A stretch of 54,081 nt of DNA, filler included, from Sphacelaria rigidula (GCA_964200075.2; 5 parts of 5 records of this genome joined end to end with filler, not necessarily neighbours in it), one strand, 5' to 3'. Counted from the first letter of the whole stretch, positions 1-13,269 are shown. Translations and numbers: made by a program. The notes: generated by a model from the sequence alone, not told the origin.

Positions 1-34
1 AAGGGAAATAATCGGTTTTCAGGTATCACCAAAA

Positions 35-140
35 TGCCCTTAACTCATGAAAAAAAAAAAAAACTCTTTTGGTACTTCAGTAATTTTTTTTCTTTTGCCC
101 CATGCACTGTCCATACCAAATTTCAGGGCCCAACTCTAAA
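35..140 (-). mobile_element. Terminal-inverted-repeat (TIR) segment of an AT-rich DNA-transposon/MITE family
   Basis: The reverse complement (TTTAGAGTTGGGCCCTGAAATTTGGTATGG...CATGAGTTAAGGGC) aligns by eye with 6371-6470 and 7625-7725. Confidence 0.55.
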
Positions 141-306
141 TGTATAAAAGAGCATGGGCCTGCAAACTTCAAATCCGCCTCTAGGCTGGCCCAGCTCGTA
201 CTACTTCCCGTGAGTCTGTGAACTCTGCTTCGAAGCCACCCATCAGTAGTCTTGTCCCCCGTGTTTTCGACTTCATTATCCCCGATTATCTTTTTTCCGT
301 AGTCAT

Positions 307-350
307 TGGTGGGGGGCTGGGACTCGAACCCGGGACGTTCTGTTCATGAA
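307..350 (-). repeat. tRNA-like 3' half (T-arm/B box plus acceptor strand ending CCA); SINE head or LTR primer-binding site
   Basis: The minus strand reads GTCCCGGGTTCGAGTCCCAGCCCCCCACCA. No matching 5' acceptor strand or D-arm lies upstream, so it is not a complete tRNA. Confidence 0.5.
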
Positions 351-2996
351 GCGTATGAGTTATCTCATGGTGTTGCCGATGTGAAAAGGTGCCTCCTCGA
401 CGAACTCTTGAGGAAATTTTTCCCTCCTATGTAGTGGTACCCACATTGAAAGTAGTAGAAACAGCATAGTTCAATCAACGGCGGAACATGTGATGATATC
501 AGCCGCGCCTGCGCGCTGCAAACGCCAGCACCATTCCCAGATCCTCGTTTAATCCATACGACCACGTGTCTTTCCACTTCTGAGCACGCTCAACACCGCC
601 CCGGTGGCTTGCCGCTTCCCGCTGCTGCGCTGTCGTCCCCGCGGGACTACCAGCTGCGTGACGTTCGAACGAGCGGGAGCTGTCAACTCCATTACTACCA
701 CAACCTCCACAAATTGTGCGACATTTTTTGCTGCAGGCCTTGATGCCGCTGCTGCCGCCTTTGCCGTGTTTCTTACTCTCCTCGTCGCTGTTATCAACTT
801 CTATGCGTCCAACACTATCAGGGGGAAAAGTCCGACAATTTGGTTCTCCAGTCCCGGTATCCTGGGGTAGTTGCGCCACGTTCGCATGTTGCCCCTCAAA
901 TAACTCGCACCCTGCTTCGCCCCAGTCTTGTGCGGCATCGACGCGGGACCGCAAACCGTTGGCATGTCTCGGACTCTCCAAGGCGCGCACATGAAAATTC
1001 TCGGCGAGTTGGTCCAAAAAATCCCCGTGTCGCCCTCCGCGCTAAGTTAGTTGGATTTCGTTTATCACGACATGTAAAATGACCAAAGGATGGGACAAAA
1101 GTGTAGGTGCGTGAAACGCTGACGCGAAACATCGAGAGCGATATATCAGTTACGAGAGCGGTTGCAGCTATACATCATACGGCATCCTGTGTCGCAATCA
1201 ATCCAAACGTTGCCAGAGACATGGAGCGAGCGGGCGGAAGCCGTTCGAGCCAAGTGTAAGCGAGCTTGTTTGATACGTATGGGCCTACCGGGTTCGCGAT
1301 GTTACATCCCCAAGCGCGAGAGACACACATAGGGATGTTCACGGCAGAAGAGCACACAGGACCTTTGCCAAATATATTCATGATTGCTGAACACGCCGCA
1401 TTCCCCAACTCAGACATGAGTAACGCGCCAAGGGTCGGGTATGATGCCCTGCCAAATGTGTATGGCCAATGGCGACACTCATACGGGAGTGCGCTACCCA
1501 GAATATTCGACGCTACGGCGATGCTGTGTCCACGATGAGAAAAACTCACCAACTTCGTTGCCAGATAAATTACAGTCGAGTCCGAGCACAAGTGATCGTT
1601 GGACAGAGTGGAGAGTAGAGCTGGGAATGTGGCCTCGTTGTAGATCACATCTGTACCCTGTTCACGAGAAACGCGCAAATTCACAAAATGCTTCAGCAAC
1701 TGAAGGGGTGCGCACAACCTAAACACCATATATGAACGTCGTCGGTGTGGCTGAGATTACAAAAGCTGAAGAATGTGCTTTGCGAATAACAACACCGCAC
1801 AGCAGCAGACGATAATCGTTCTCCACAGCATTGGTGACAACACCAGAACGTGCGCACACGCGGTGCCATATGTGTGTCAACCTTACTCCGAGTACCCGAC
1901 TGTAGACGCTTTGCTGAATGCATCTCTGGCAGCAACATTCGCGTCTCGATGGGTAGTATGCGTATGATTAACCTACCAGCGCAGCAACACACTGGGTAAT
2001 CTCCATCAGCTCACCACGATAATGTCAAATCCTTGCCATTTCGCCTCTTCCGTACCATCTGCTCGACACATCGCTGCTGCTGCCGCCTTTCCCACCTCTA
2101 ACGCCTCGACGGAATTACCCCAACATAGCTGCTGAATCCTAGGCCTTTGTAACGCCTTATCAGGCAACTGGTCGCCCCCCCTCTGACACAAGTCCCTATC
2201 ATGACCCTCGCCGGCGACGTTGCTTTCACCCGTGTTGCTGTCAGCACTGCTTCCACCCGCGGTACCCACGAAGGTGGCACTGGTATTGTGCTCGAGGATA
2301 GGCAAAGCCTCGGGTAAATCGGTCATCGTTACCTTCAAAGCACGTTGGGTACAACACACACGGTAGCATACGTAACTGTGGACAAAATCGTCAACATGGT
2401 GAGATAGGATGATAAGATAGGGTGTCTCTCACTGTCACCAAACGAGTGGACAAAGACATTTGCAAAAACAAACACCCCAAGCGTCGAACACCCGACGAAT
2501 ACATGCGTCAGAGCAGCATGGGACTGTGATTTGTTCACTAAGCAAAACGAAATCAGAAGTTTCCGGTGTTCTTTGACACCATCACAAGGAACGACATGGG
2601 ATGTGTGCGAACACACAGCAAGGCTGGTCAAGAGAAGTGACATGCAGCGGGTACAAGATATCATTCAACGGGCCAAAAAAAGCCGAATTTTTCGAACATG
2701 CAGCACACGTTTGAAGTATGCGAACCACAACACGTCTATGCACAGCATACCTGGTGTGCATAGGGTGAGCATGGTTGAGCAAACCACGGCAGCAACATGT
2801 ACGAAGTCGTTCAAGCCGTCAATATATCTCCTACTGCCGCAGAGAGTGCCTCATTAGGAGCAGCACAATCCGAAAGCAGCGGGAAGTTGTGCGGCGATTC
2901 ATGATCGCTAAAGGCAGCATCCTCTTAGCGGTTTCGTTCCGATTTGATTATCTGACCTTCGCACCTCAGCACCTAGAAGCGCCAGCGTCAGACCCA

Positions 2997-3263
2997 CTAG
3001 CCCTGTTCCCGCACCAAGCTCCAGGACGCGTCGACCTCGCAGCCACCCTTGTGGGAAGCACCGCTCATCCTGTCATTTCGCGGAATAGGTTTTGCCGTGA
3101 TTGTTGCCATAACGAAATGGTGCGCATCATCCGTGATTTTCCCGAACCTAGCGCGCGTGCTCAACAGAGGGTCAGCCATACAAGGGTGAAGTGCAACGAG
3201 TGTTTGTTGTTCTATACATGGCGTATTTTTAGTCTTCCCTCCGGCATGATCACTGCTACCCAT
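2997..3263 (-). pseudogene. Possible decayed LINE ORF2 C-terminus
   Basis: The frame ends ...SGASHKGGCEVDA, resembling the GC(E/V)V(N/D)G terminal motif of the other LINE ends in this window. Confidence 0.3.
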
Positions 3264-4671
3264 TTTTAGAGTTTTCCTACACCAATTTCAACCCATAGCA
3301 GATAGCAGAACGTTTATCACGACATCACAGTACATCAGAACTCCTTGACTAGGAGCCTCGTCGCGGAATAGATTATTCACCGATAGTCCCGCGGATGAAC
3401 AGGAGGAATGTGAGTCTTCGACGGGAGCAGGACACGTTCAAGAACCCGTGGAATGGCGCAGGAAACGAGTGGAATAATTATGTCGTGCCCAATCAGAACC
3501 AGGGATTCGTTCCCGCACAACTTGCCAACAGCTACCCATCTTCACCAAGGGTGGTTCCGCTTCTAACGACAATCAAAATTTTCCAACACACAACGGGAAA
3601 GCTGCTGCTGTGCAACTTTTTCACGTGGTTTTTTGATCGCCAAGAAACTCCGCAGGGTAAGCACTGATTGAAGTCACAGTAAATAGACACAGTGAACGTG
3701 GACCGTGCGTAGTGAACAGCAATCACACACCGGCTGAATTTCAGTGTGTAGCCGTTGGTTCACAAATGAACTGATTTTATCCATAACGTACCGTACAGTG
3801 AAGTTTAGCGCACTACTCGTAGAACAATGTGACGTGAAGCGCAACACCAAACGTTACTCGAGATGGGCAAAATTGCTCCGAAGCTACTGGGGTACCAAAA
3901 AACGGCAACGGTTTCTGCACATTCATATATTTACACATTCTCAAGAAGTCCCCTGTTCACACAGGTTGGCCTGTTCTGCAGCACCATTTCAGCCTCGACT
4001 TTCAAGCAGGCAATACCAGGACTCTTGAAGATATATAGCAAAGGGTCCACTAGGGCGCTGAAGTGCACCCGGGTCGTGCCCATTTCGGTATTTAGTTCCT
4101 AACCTGAAAGAAGTAGTGCATCCAAATTGCGGCCTCCCACACAGTGTTGGAGAAATTTTGCACTTCCCACCTTTCCCCGGCGAGATCTTGTGTCTGCACC
4201 ACCTGAATTCGCGGCGACGATGGTTATTCATGTGATTCACACGCATCAAGGCGGTATCTACGTGAGTGTATCACCGCGCACGAGCACCGTACAAGCGCCC
4301 ACTACAGAGGGCATACTGTTTCTCACAACATAGAGCTACGATGAATTACGTCGACTCTGTACCCGTGCACCTACAGGAAGTGGCGGAGGGGTTCACATTG
4401 ATTTCATCATTGTAACACCCTGCCTCACCCGAACCAGGTCACGACATGATCTGTCCTGTGCATAAACCAGAGAGATTCATATACGTGTTCACATCTCCGT
4501 CATAAAAGCTATCCCCTTCCCCTACAGGATACTGGATAGGCACAGTACGAGAGTAGTGCAAAGAACCATAGCTCAAATTACTGTCTCATGGGGAAGGGGT
4601 TGGTGATGCCGTCGGAGAGTGTATGTTTGACCCTCCCCCCGCTTCCTCCCCTTCTCGGAAGAGTTGGCATC

Positions 4672-5160
4672 GGTTGGCAACGATGCTGCCAAACACGCCA
4701 CTCACTGCGTAAGCCAGGCAACCAGGTAACCGGTCTTTGGCGCGCTTGCGTTTTGTCGCGGTGACCATTATCGTGGTCGAGTTAGATCATATTGTGCGAG
4801 GTGAAGAAGCTCAACTTCGCGCAAAGGGGATGGTCGTACCGGAGAGTTTGAATGATGACACACCCATGAGGCAGTGTGTGAGTCGTGGCTGTCTCTTGAA
4901 GTGGCGATACCAAAAAATGAAGCAACTCATTGTAGGCTGCCCTCTAAATGCAAAATAATCAGTACGCTTCGGGCAGGACAATCTTAGCAGGATGCAGCTG
5001 ATCCCTCATGCGACTCGCCGAACACATCACGGCGCTTCGCGCTTGGTGATTGATTGCGAGCCTGGTCCAGCAAAAACCCGGGGTGCTCCGTCCCGGCTTT
5101 GTAGGGATGCGAGGTCGATGGTCTATGAATACGGCATGCAAGATCTTGAGCACACACTCC
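4672..5160 (+). mobile_element. LINE (L2/CR1-group-like) 3' end, subfamily B
   Basis: Aligns with 42820-43246, 21675-21759, 24211-24318 and, inverted, with 29051-29296 and 43347-43405. Encodes a degenerate Cys-rich C-terminus and the GAPSR...GCEVxG end. Confidence 0.65.
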
Positions 5161-7128
5161 TACTCGGAACGAGCTCGATTTGTCCAAGGATAGACCCTCG
5201 GTAAACGCCTGACAAAAAAGATCGAGCATGTTGGACCAGCACTCCCGTGCCCCGTCGACTTCAGCAGCGCTCACGTCAACTCGGCGACAACAATCCATGA
5301 CTGAACAACTAGTGTGAGTATCCATATTCAGAGTTTGAGAGGCCGCGCAGTCCCAATTTCTCGCCCAGTGTGCGCAGCATGCGTGGCTCAAATAGGCGCC
5401 GCGCTTGAGCCAAGATAGTGCACCGTTAACCTGGGCACTGTATGGACCTCCCTTGCCCAACGGTACTCGGTCTGCCTGATATGGGAGTCAGTGTTGGGGC
5501 TAGCGTTATGGTTTGACACACACGAAGTGTATTCAAGCACGGGCCTTGTCGTCAGGTTCACGTGAACCGAAGTCGTCGACCAATTTTTTATCTGCATCCA
5601 AAGACTCTGGACGGCGGACAGCAGATTCTCTATAAAATACCGTATCTGTCGTGATTCGAACCCACGACATGCACCAAAACTGGCCGTTGGCGTACCAGCT
5701 GGCGCACGGGGGCACGGCGGCTACTGCTCGAGTCGGGAATTCCCCCGTTCACCCCCTGAAATCCAACGTTAGAGTGTAAACATTTGTGCCCACGATACTC
5801 CCGACCATAACCCTGACCCAAGCGGCACACAGCACACAGTGGGAGTACCACCTTAGTCCGGTTGCCTGGGGTGCCCCACCATGCCGGATCATGGTACGGT
5901 CAAAATCGCCTGTGCAAGTCTGATCCGCTTTAGTATTCCCAAGTAATAATGGTATGCGGGCTTGGCCAGCCTAGAAACAGATTGAAGCTCTCGCAGCCAT
6001 ATCTCATCGACACAGACGAACTGGGCCGTGATGCGTATATCTTGTTACTCGTCTACTGAAGGGGAAGATGCCCACCTGCTCAAAAACCTGATCCTTTTTT
6101 TTGGTTGATTAAAATGCCAAGTCGAGTAATTCCTGCAACTGGCGGAGATAGTGTCCATGCTAAAGGGTATATGCAACCCGGAATGATATGTACAGCAGAT
6201 GATGATGACTTTTCGTGTGAACATTCCCTGGATCACGGGGATACGATCGATACCCTCACTTCCACCTAATTCGTGATCTATAGATATTGCGTACATTATA
6301 TTCAGTACTAAACTCGACATATTACGAGCAGAGGCACTAAACGCATTAAATACGAATTTCACGTCTCAGTGTTGAGAGTTGTGCTTTGAAATTTAGAAAG
6401 GAGGATCGCAAGGGCAAAATGAAAATTAACCTTCAGGAGCTTGGAACTTTTGTATGAGTTAAGGACGTTTTTGTGAGAAACGGACATTGTTTTTGACCCT
6501 TAACTCAGGTTCTCAGCTCAGTTTCTCAAGTCATGGTTTGAAATTTTGTGTAGAGAATCGCAAGGGCGTACGAAGAAATAAACTGCCGGGACGATGATTC
6601 CCTTTTGTCGTGATGTAAGGCCGCTCCCTATAGCAGACAAAAAAAAAACTCTGGAGGATTGCCTTTTCATTGTTTTTTTCCTGCTCACACTCACCTTTTT
6701 CTCGGAGACCGCTCATTTTTTCCGGAGACCGGTCAAGTCCAGAAAAACTCCGCGGGGTTGGGAAAAAAACTACGGTAACCGAGAAAACGCACAGGTGTGC
6801 TAAAACGTTCTCAACGGGTACCACACAGCATTCCAAAGTATCAAAATCCTTCTATCTCTCTTCTAGGGCTTACAATGACGTAAAAGCTCCAAAGAGGCAC
6901 TTTCTTTTATTTTTATCGGCTATCATGAAGAATGGTCTCAATTCTCGTGAAAAAAAGGTGCTTACATAACTAAAACGTCATTCATTCACGAAAAAAATAA
7001 ATCCCGTAGTTTTGTTTTCATTATTTATGCCCTTGTCATTCTCCACAAAAATATCTAAGAAGTATCATAACTGGGTTGGTAAATGGCCTACAAAATACTG
7101 TTCCGAATATTGACCGGACCAGGCTGTA

Positions 7129-7606
7129 AGACCGCTTCTTTTAGTCTGAAAATGGACTATCTGGGAACTGTCCTTTACGAGCCTTTTATCGCGATTTTTT
7201 GGCGGAATACGGGCCTTGGATTTGGCCTCTTCGGGAAGATTCGCTATGTTCTTTACGAAGATTCTTGCGCCCTTTTCCGATTTTTCGTACGCCCAGTTTT
7301 ACTTTTGGCTGGATTCTGAATTTTTTCGGTCGCCCCAAAAATCGTCCAGTTGTCGGAAAAAAATCCGTGGTTTTTCGCGACAACTCGAAGATTTTTGGGG
7401 CGACCGAAAAAATCCAGAATCCGGCCAAAAGTAAAACTGGGCGTACGAAAGATCGTAAAAGTGCGCTAGAATCCTCGTGAAAAACATAGCAAGTCCTTCC
7501 GGGGAGGCTCAATCCGCCAAGGCCCGTATTCCTCCAAAAATCCGTGATGGAAGGCTCAAAACGGGCAGTTCTCAGAGAGTCCGTTTCAGAAAATAGGAAG
7601 CGGCCT
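7129..7606. repeat. ~480-bp imperfect palindrome (foldback)
   Basis: Arms pair around 7367, e.g. CGTACGCCCAGTTTTACTTTTGGC with GCCAAAAGTAAAACTGGGCGTACG, and AGACCGCTTC with GAAGCGGCCT at the ends. The mirror-image ORFs on both strands reflect this. Confidence 0.9.
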
Positions 7607-7618
7607 AAATGGCGGATT

Positions 7619-7866
7619 CCTCAATTTTGAGAGTTTTACTTTGAAATTTGGTATAGAGAACCGCAGGACATGATTGAAAAAAAATCATCAGCTCCTCGAG
7701 ATGATTGTTTTTCATGAATTAAGGGAGGGAAAAGGATCTAGATTCCATTAAAAGGCTCCTAAAATCCTACCCCTAACCCTAACCCTATCCTTTTCAGCTT
7801 TTTACGATACTCGTACCCTATCGATTCTCCATACCAAATTTCAAATTGCAACTCCCAAAAATGAGG
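7619..7866. mobile_element. MITE with ~45-bp TIRs and an internal (CCCTAA)n tract
   Basis: Starts CCTCAATTTTGAGAGTT..TTTGAAATTTGGTATAGAGAA and ends TTCTCCATACCAAATTTCAAA..AACTCCCAAAAATGAGG. CCCTAACCCTAACCCTA lies at ~7770-7786. Confidence 0.65.
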
Positions 7867-10738
7867 TGAGAACCCGCCCGCAACCTACAGATTAGGTTCT
7901 AGACTGGCCCATCTCTTGTTGGGCCTGTTTAGTGGGGCATCCCACCACAGTGGCGCAGTCACGCCGGGTCAAAAAGCCACCGCAACATGGTGGGGCCCGC
8001 ACTGCATCGAAAACCCTCGGGTCTTCAGCACTGGGATTCACCTACACGGGTGCCCACCCTCTGTCGCCAACGGTGCACAGTGGGAATACAGTACAGTAGT
8101 ACAGTACAGTCCCAAGTCATGTTTTTGTACTGATCCCTCACACAAGTGCACACTACTATTAATATGAACACCGAGACCGAGGTATTCTGCTGCTACCTAG
8201 TGTTGTCGGGAAAGAGTGGCCCTGACGGACTGAGCAAGGAATACCCTCCTGTACAACATAGCGCTACTTCTGTAATGTACTGTGCACCTCAAGCTGCAAA
8301 CTCACTTCTCACCGGCAGGTCATACATGCCTCTCTACGACTAAGTCGTACGCGCTCCGTGTGCCCTACAGCAACCTTACCTGGCCTACGCCAGGAATTGG
8401 GAATCTTAATTCCTGTTGACTTTCTCGCTCCCAGATCTCCCGAAAAAGCTCATCTTCGTCCTCCTCTTTTAATTTATCTTCCTCTTTCCTTGCATTGGCT
8501 GTACGACGACTCAAAGTCACTTCCATGACGCCTGTAACCAACCCCCCGCATAGCGCAACCACGTCGCAGATTCCTCTCAACAATCCCGAAAATCCTCGGT
8601 AGTACCGCATATACTTTGGTCATTATTGATTAGCGTAATGAGAATACGTGAATTTCCTTGCGACCTTGTTTTGGTGGTCGCGTAACGGCTCACCTTGAAG
8701 GCTTACCGATTTGAGGTCTGCGTAGGTAGGCTTGGAAAGAGAACAAAGGGCAGCGAGGAGAGCAACTCCAGGATCATGGGGGGAATGCGGGGATCATCGC
8801 ACAAGCGCGTGCCGGTGGCCCTGAAACTTCCGCAGCTGCAGGTGCATTCACTCGGTTACAACAACTCTAAATCGCGTTTCACCGTTCTGATGTTGCAAAA
8901 CTCTGTCGTTCTCGATATAAGCGTCGTTGCCTCTGCCATGTTGTCGGGGTCATTCGGGATTGCCAGGCTAGACTTCCGCCCAAACTTCACTCTCTATCAA
9001 TTTGACGAATTACTTGTTTGATTTGGTCAGTAACGCCGTATCGATACAGGTAGCAGCTATACATGTATAGTTGCTCCATGTTCCCATGTACACACAACCT
9101 CTCGCTGTAGTTACTCCTCTGTCTGGAAAGCCTCCTTTGTCAGAGACGGACACAACATTAGTCGTGCTCGTGTGTGCGCGTGTGCTCGTAACATCCGAAA
9201 AGATGGCACTTTTGATGGGTGATGATACGCGACACACCCAGCTACTCGTACAAGATCAAGCCCAATGCATCCCAGTTGCACGGCGTGAAGTGATGCATTG
9301 TCCGCGGCATACAGCCTCCACCGCCATGAAAACCTGGCATACACCCCTTGCGATAAGGTACAGCACCCGAATCCCGCGTGGCGCGGCCCCGCTATCTCGA
9401 CAGACCCATCAGAAGCACCATTACCCAACGGCGTGGAGTTGAAAGTAGGAGGACAATATATCTGACGATCTTGTGCTTAGCGTTTACGTCCCCATTGTTG
9501 ACTAATCGCTATGCAACTAAAGAGTCGCTCCGCAATCATGGGTGTGGGGGGGGTGTTGTACACCGTCGTACACCCTTTCCGGGCACGCAGAGCGTCATGT
9601 ATCACATACCGTCTACTCGGGCAAAATTGGCCAAAAACGGGTCTCCTGTGTACTGTTTGTATCTTTGTTAAAGCATTTCCACAGACGATGCGGTCAGCAC
9701 TTGCAGCTCTGCATTGTCGTGCAAGTCGGTTAGATGCGCACCCTTCGAACGCATGGAATTCTGTTCCGAGATTTTATCCGCTGACAGTCCCGCGAGTTTT
9801 CGAAGGATGTTTTTTTGGGGCGTATGTGGACGCTGGACGAACATGGGCGCTTGGCTAAAGTTACGCAAGGGGAACCTGTTTGGCCAACAGGCGTGCAGTA
9901 GCATGTGACCGTGGTTGAGCGAGGTGACTGCACGTTTTTCGCCCTCTGTATCATTCAAAGAGTCGTGTGAGGCTTGGTACGGTGGTGTTGGAGCAATTGA
10001 TGCCGCCACCAACAATTGTTACGCGCCGTAGGAGTTGGTGAGGGCGGCAAGTTCACCGTTGTGTTTATATGTACCTTGCTTGTGTGTATCATCTGTGTTG
10101 CAATCTGGGAAAATAGTGATGGTACAAACCATTTTGTCGTGCAACAAAGCCGAAAACTTCGGTGTTTTCCTGTTGAAGGGAACGTTCCATGGGGCGTCAA
10201 ATGTCGCACTCGGCAGTTCACTACGAGTATACGCCCTTACACTTTTTCGTGCAGCTGTCGCTGTGATGGTCAAGCATGCGCAGCCAGGTTATTGGCGGGA
10301 AGCCTAGATCGTGAATGAGTGTGCTCTCTCTTGTCATATCGTTTGTGAACAGTGATGCTGTAAAATTTTTGCGCTGTGCACAACTTGAACAGTTGGGATT
10401 TGGGTCGAAATTCTGGTCCCCGAAATGGTCTACATGCCACACCTTCAGCGTCCACGGCACATACATAAATCCATTGTAGTCTTTTCTGTCTTGCATTTGG
10501 GGAAATGAGCCTTTATGTGTTCCAGAACAAATTAGGCCCCCTCTGTGATCATTATTACCTGTTGTATATGCGATAGAGGTGGGCACCTTAAAAAAAAAAC
10601 GGTCATAACTGGTTCTTGGAAACCCCAATAGGCGTTTACCGGTTACGGCTCTGGAATAAAAAACCGGAGGCTTTTTCACCCGGTTAGGCCGCTTCCTACA
10701 ATAGACAAAAATAAAAACCCGGAAAAATGTATTTTAGA

Positions 10739-10838
10739 NNNNNNNNNNNNNNNNNNNNNNNNNNNNNNNNNNNNNNNNNNNNTTAATTAATTAANNNNNN
10801 NNNNNNNNNNNNNNNNNNNNNNNNNNNNNNNNNNNNNN
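10739..10838. other. Artificial contig linker
   Basis: N44-TTAATTAATTAA-N44, which places stop codons in all six frames. Confidence 0.98.
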
Positions 10839-11054
10839 AGCCCCCCCACAAAAAGTGCACCCGAGACCGTCCGGCAAATCGGCTGCGATTCCACTTTTTG
10901 GCTCGTTTGCAGCAATTTCGCCCACATGAGAGGCGTTTAGCAGTCCGGAATCAGCTATGACGCCCAAATGAGTCGCGTCGTGCAGCACGAAACCAGCTCC
11001 GACGGCATTTATTATCATCGCCTCCGCGCACTTTTTTGGCCGGTTCGGGGGGGG

Positions 11055-11231
11055 GGTATCTCGGCAGCAGTCCACCCACCTTTTGTATTCCATGTGTTTT
11101 GTGTAAAATGATCGAGAGGCACCCTCAGAATACAAACTCCCGTAACTGGGCGGCCGTAACTCTTCCCTTAGAACGACTGGGGTTACCGTCGTTCCCGCTG
11201 GCTCTATTGCCGGTACCTCCATAGTCGACAT
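11055..11231 (-). pseudogene. Possible LTR-retrotransposon gag N-terminus, interrupted by another repeat
   Basis: ATG lies 24 nt from the putative LTR end and reads MSTMEVPAIEP...SFYTKHMEYKRWVD. Composition changes abruptly at the G-run near 11050. Confidence 0.35.
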
Positions 11232-11254
11232 TCTCGAGCAGAAAACCGAAGATT

Positions 11255-11549
11255 TGTGACCACCTCGAACTTTAGTTCACACCTGCTTTCTTCGCCGCTC
11301 CACACAGCCCTGAGGTCCTATAAATACCCGCTGCACGCAGCTCCAGTAAGTCTCCAGTCTGGATCAATCACGGGCCAGCCGCCTTTGCAGCTACCTCAGC
11401 TTGAAACCTCCTCACGCGTCCGTGAAGCTCTGTGCCCGCAGCTAATCACATGCTGTCTAGACCTCTCCCTGCTGAAAAACGTTCAGCAGTCTCAAACGAT
11501 AGCACCAACTACCACGCCTAGCACTAGCACTAATATTGATATTGTGACG
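11255..11549 (-). mobile_element. Putative LTR
   Basis: Bounded by TGTGAC at 11255 and TGTGACG at 11543-11549 (TG...CA-like with one mismatch). Contains CCTATAAATA and abuts the gag-like ORF. No partner LTR is present in the contig. Confidence 0.35.
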
Positions 11550-11807
11550 CTAGCAGGTTGCTAGTACTGCAGCGTCAAAAATGCTGTTGAGGGACTCCCC
11601 AGTTCCACTGGCCTCAAGATCTCAGTTGTCAGCCTTCACAACACCTTATCATTACCGGAGTGAACACCTGCAACCCCGTACCATCAGGCCTGGTTTACAC
11701 AGCAGGGGCCATCATCCACAGGATGCCCTTGTCCCCTGGTTATCATCCAGGATCCACTATATACTCAACCGTGACGGCGTGATTTCGCCACAGGGACTTG
11801 CTCAGCT

Positions 11808-12016
11808 GAGGTTGTTCGCGATAAGTTCTCTTTTTGCCTAATTTCCGGATGAATTGGCGGGCGAAGTGAGGATTCATTTCGAGCAGCTTCTCCTGTTCAA
11901 ATTCCAAATCTGCCAGTGTGTATGGGATTTGTACAGCAGAAGAAGCTGTTCGAAATGAATAATCTTTTTGCCCGATTTCCAATTGGGCAAAACAAATATT
12001 TATTTCGAACGGCCTC
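11808..12016. repeat. ~210-bp imperfect hairpin/MITE
   Basis: ATTCATTTCGAGCAGCTTCT pairs with AGAAGCTGTTCGAAATGAAT. Outer pairings are TTTTGCC/GGCAAAA and GAGGTTGTTCG/CGAACGGCCTC. Confidence 0.7.
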
Positions 12017-12413
12017 TCTCAACGAATTAATTCACAGATTTTGTAACAAAATAATGTGGAATTTTCAAATTGAGAGTGCCCCTTCACAGGGTTGCTTGCA
12101 GGGTTTCGAGATTAACGTTATACAAAATGCTGGTAGAGGTACCAGGGTTTGCAAATACCGTACAGGGGTTCTCACAAAGACTGCGAAACCCTGTGCAGCA
12201 CGTCCTACAGGGTGCTATCTGTCCACGTGTGCTGTGTAGGAGCAAAGAAGCATGAACCAGCGTAGGTAGAAGAGTGCGTGGCAGCAGAGAAAAGCCCACA
12301 AACGCTAGATCAAATACCAACAGAAAAAGGACATAGGAAAACGAAGGAAGAGAAGTAGGGAAGGACCAGCCCGGCGAGCAGCCAATGCTCAGGCTCGCGC
12401 TCGTCGCACCACC

Positions 12414-12925
12414 GTGAGGGCGGAGTCTCGATCCAAAGAGCTGGCAGTGGCAACCTGGAATATAAGCACAATAACTGACAAAGGTTCCAAGGGCACAGGC
12501 CACGCAGAGGACCTGCCTCATTTTGCGTCCAAATACGACTGTGATATCGTCGCCCTTCAAGGAACCCGGCGCGATGGACAAACAACCTACTACGTACCAG
12601 CAGCAGGATACATCGTTCACTCCAGCGGCCACTGCTAGGGAGACGGGGGGAAACTGGGGATACTCTGAGTCGGCCCCGCCATCAAGGAGTCTATCGCCAG
12701 CACGCTGAGCCCAGAAGCCATTGCCCTTGAACGCGTGACTGCCAGGACCCTCAAGGTACGAGTTACTTTCAGGCATAGAGTTGTAGCAGCCCTTTTCGTA
12801 GGAGATGCTCCTTCTGAGGCAGCACGAGGTTATGAAAATACAAAGTTCTGGAATACCCCCAGTAGTCCCATCGCTGAAGCGCCCACTCACGAGCTCCTAG
12901 TACTACTCATAATGGATGCCAACGC
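12414..12925 (+). pseudogene. RTE-clade LINE apurinic/apyrimidinic-type endonuclease domain (inactivated)
   Basis: Reads LAVATWNI...CDIVALQGTRRDG...AGYIVHSSG, then in-frame stops, then RTLKVRV...VGDAPSE...FW...LIMDANA. These are APE motifs in the canonical order. Confidence 0.85.
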
Positions 12926-13269
12926 AGTGTTATTCCCTGTCAATGTTATGGGGGCATTTGCAAAGAAGATACTGTATGTAACTTCCAGTAGTTTGGGTCA
13001 TATTCCGCAGATTCGTTTATCTTCCGCTCAGAGAGGAGGTCAGTGTGGGAAGAGGGGTGGGCACTGTCAGCTTCAACAGGTGGCTTCCCGGGCGATGCCC
13101 CACGGTGGAAAAGGTCGCCTCACGCACGAGATCGATCACAGCACATGTTCAAGTGGTTGCTGATGTAAAGATTTCTATTTACGCTACGAGTAGAACGGGG
13201 CGAAGTGGGTACATGATTCTCCAGATGCGGGTCCCACCGCGTGCGCATCCCTTTTGAAACACACTTATA

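Larger units (their letters stand above)
6365..7872. mobile_element. Cluster of nested TIR/MITE-like elements
   Basis: Related TIR motif (GAGAGTT..TTTGAAATTTGGTATAGAGAA-like) at ~6371, ~6510 and 7619 on the plus strand, and inverted at ~7795-7872. AT-rich with no credible ORF. Confidence 0.55.

Noticed and set aside
307-380. tRNA gene
   Set aside because: Only the T-arm and 3' acceptor strand are present. There is no cloverleaf.
499-2990. Protein-coding gene or retroelement in the early ORFs
   Set aside because: The ORFs are short, overlap on both strands and show no recognisable motif. The 15-mer CGTTTATCACGACAT shared by 1059 and 3311 is too short to define an element.
10783-10794. Recurrent TTAATTAATTAA motif
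   Set aside because: It is an assembly linker, not biological sequence.
12084-12890. 268-aa minus-strand ORF
   Set aside because: It is the antisense shadow of the RTE endonuclease pseudogene.
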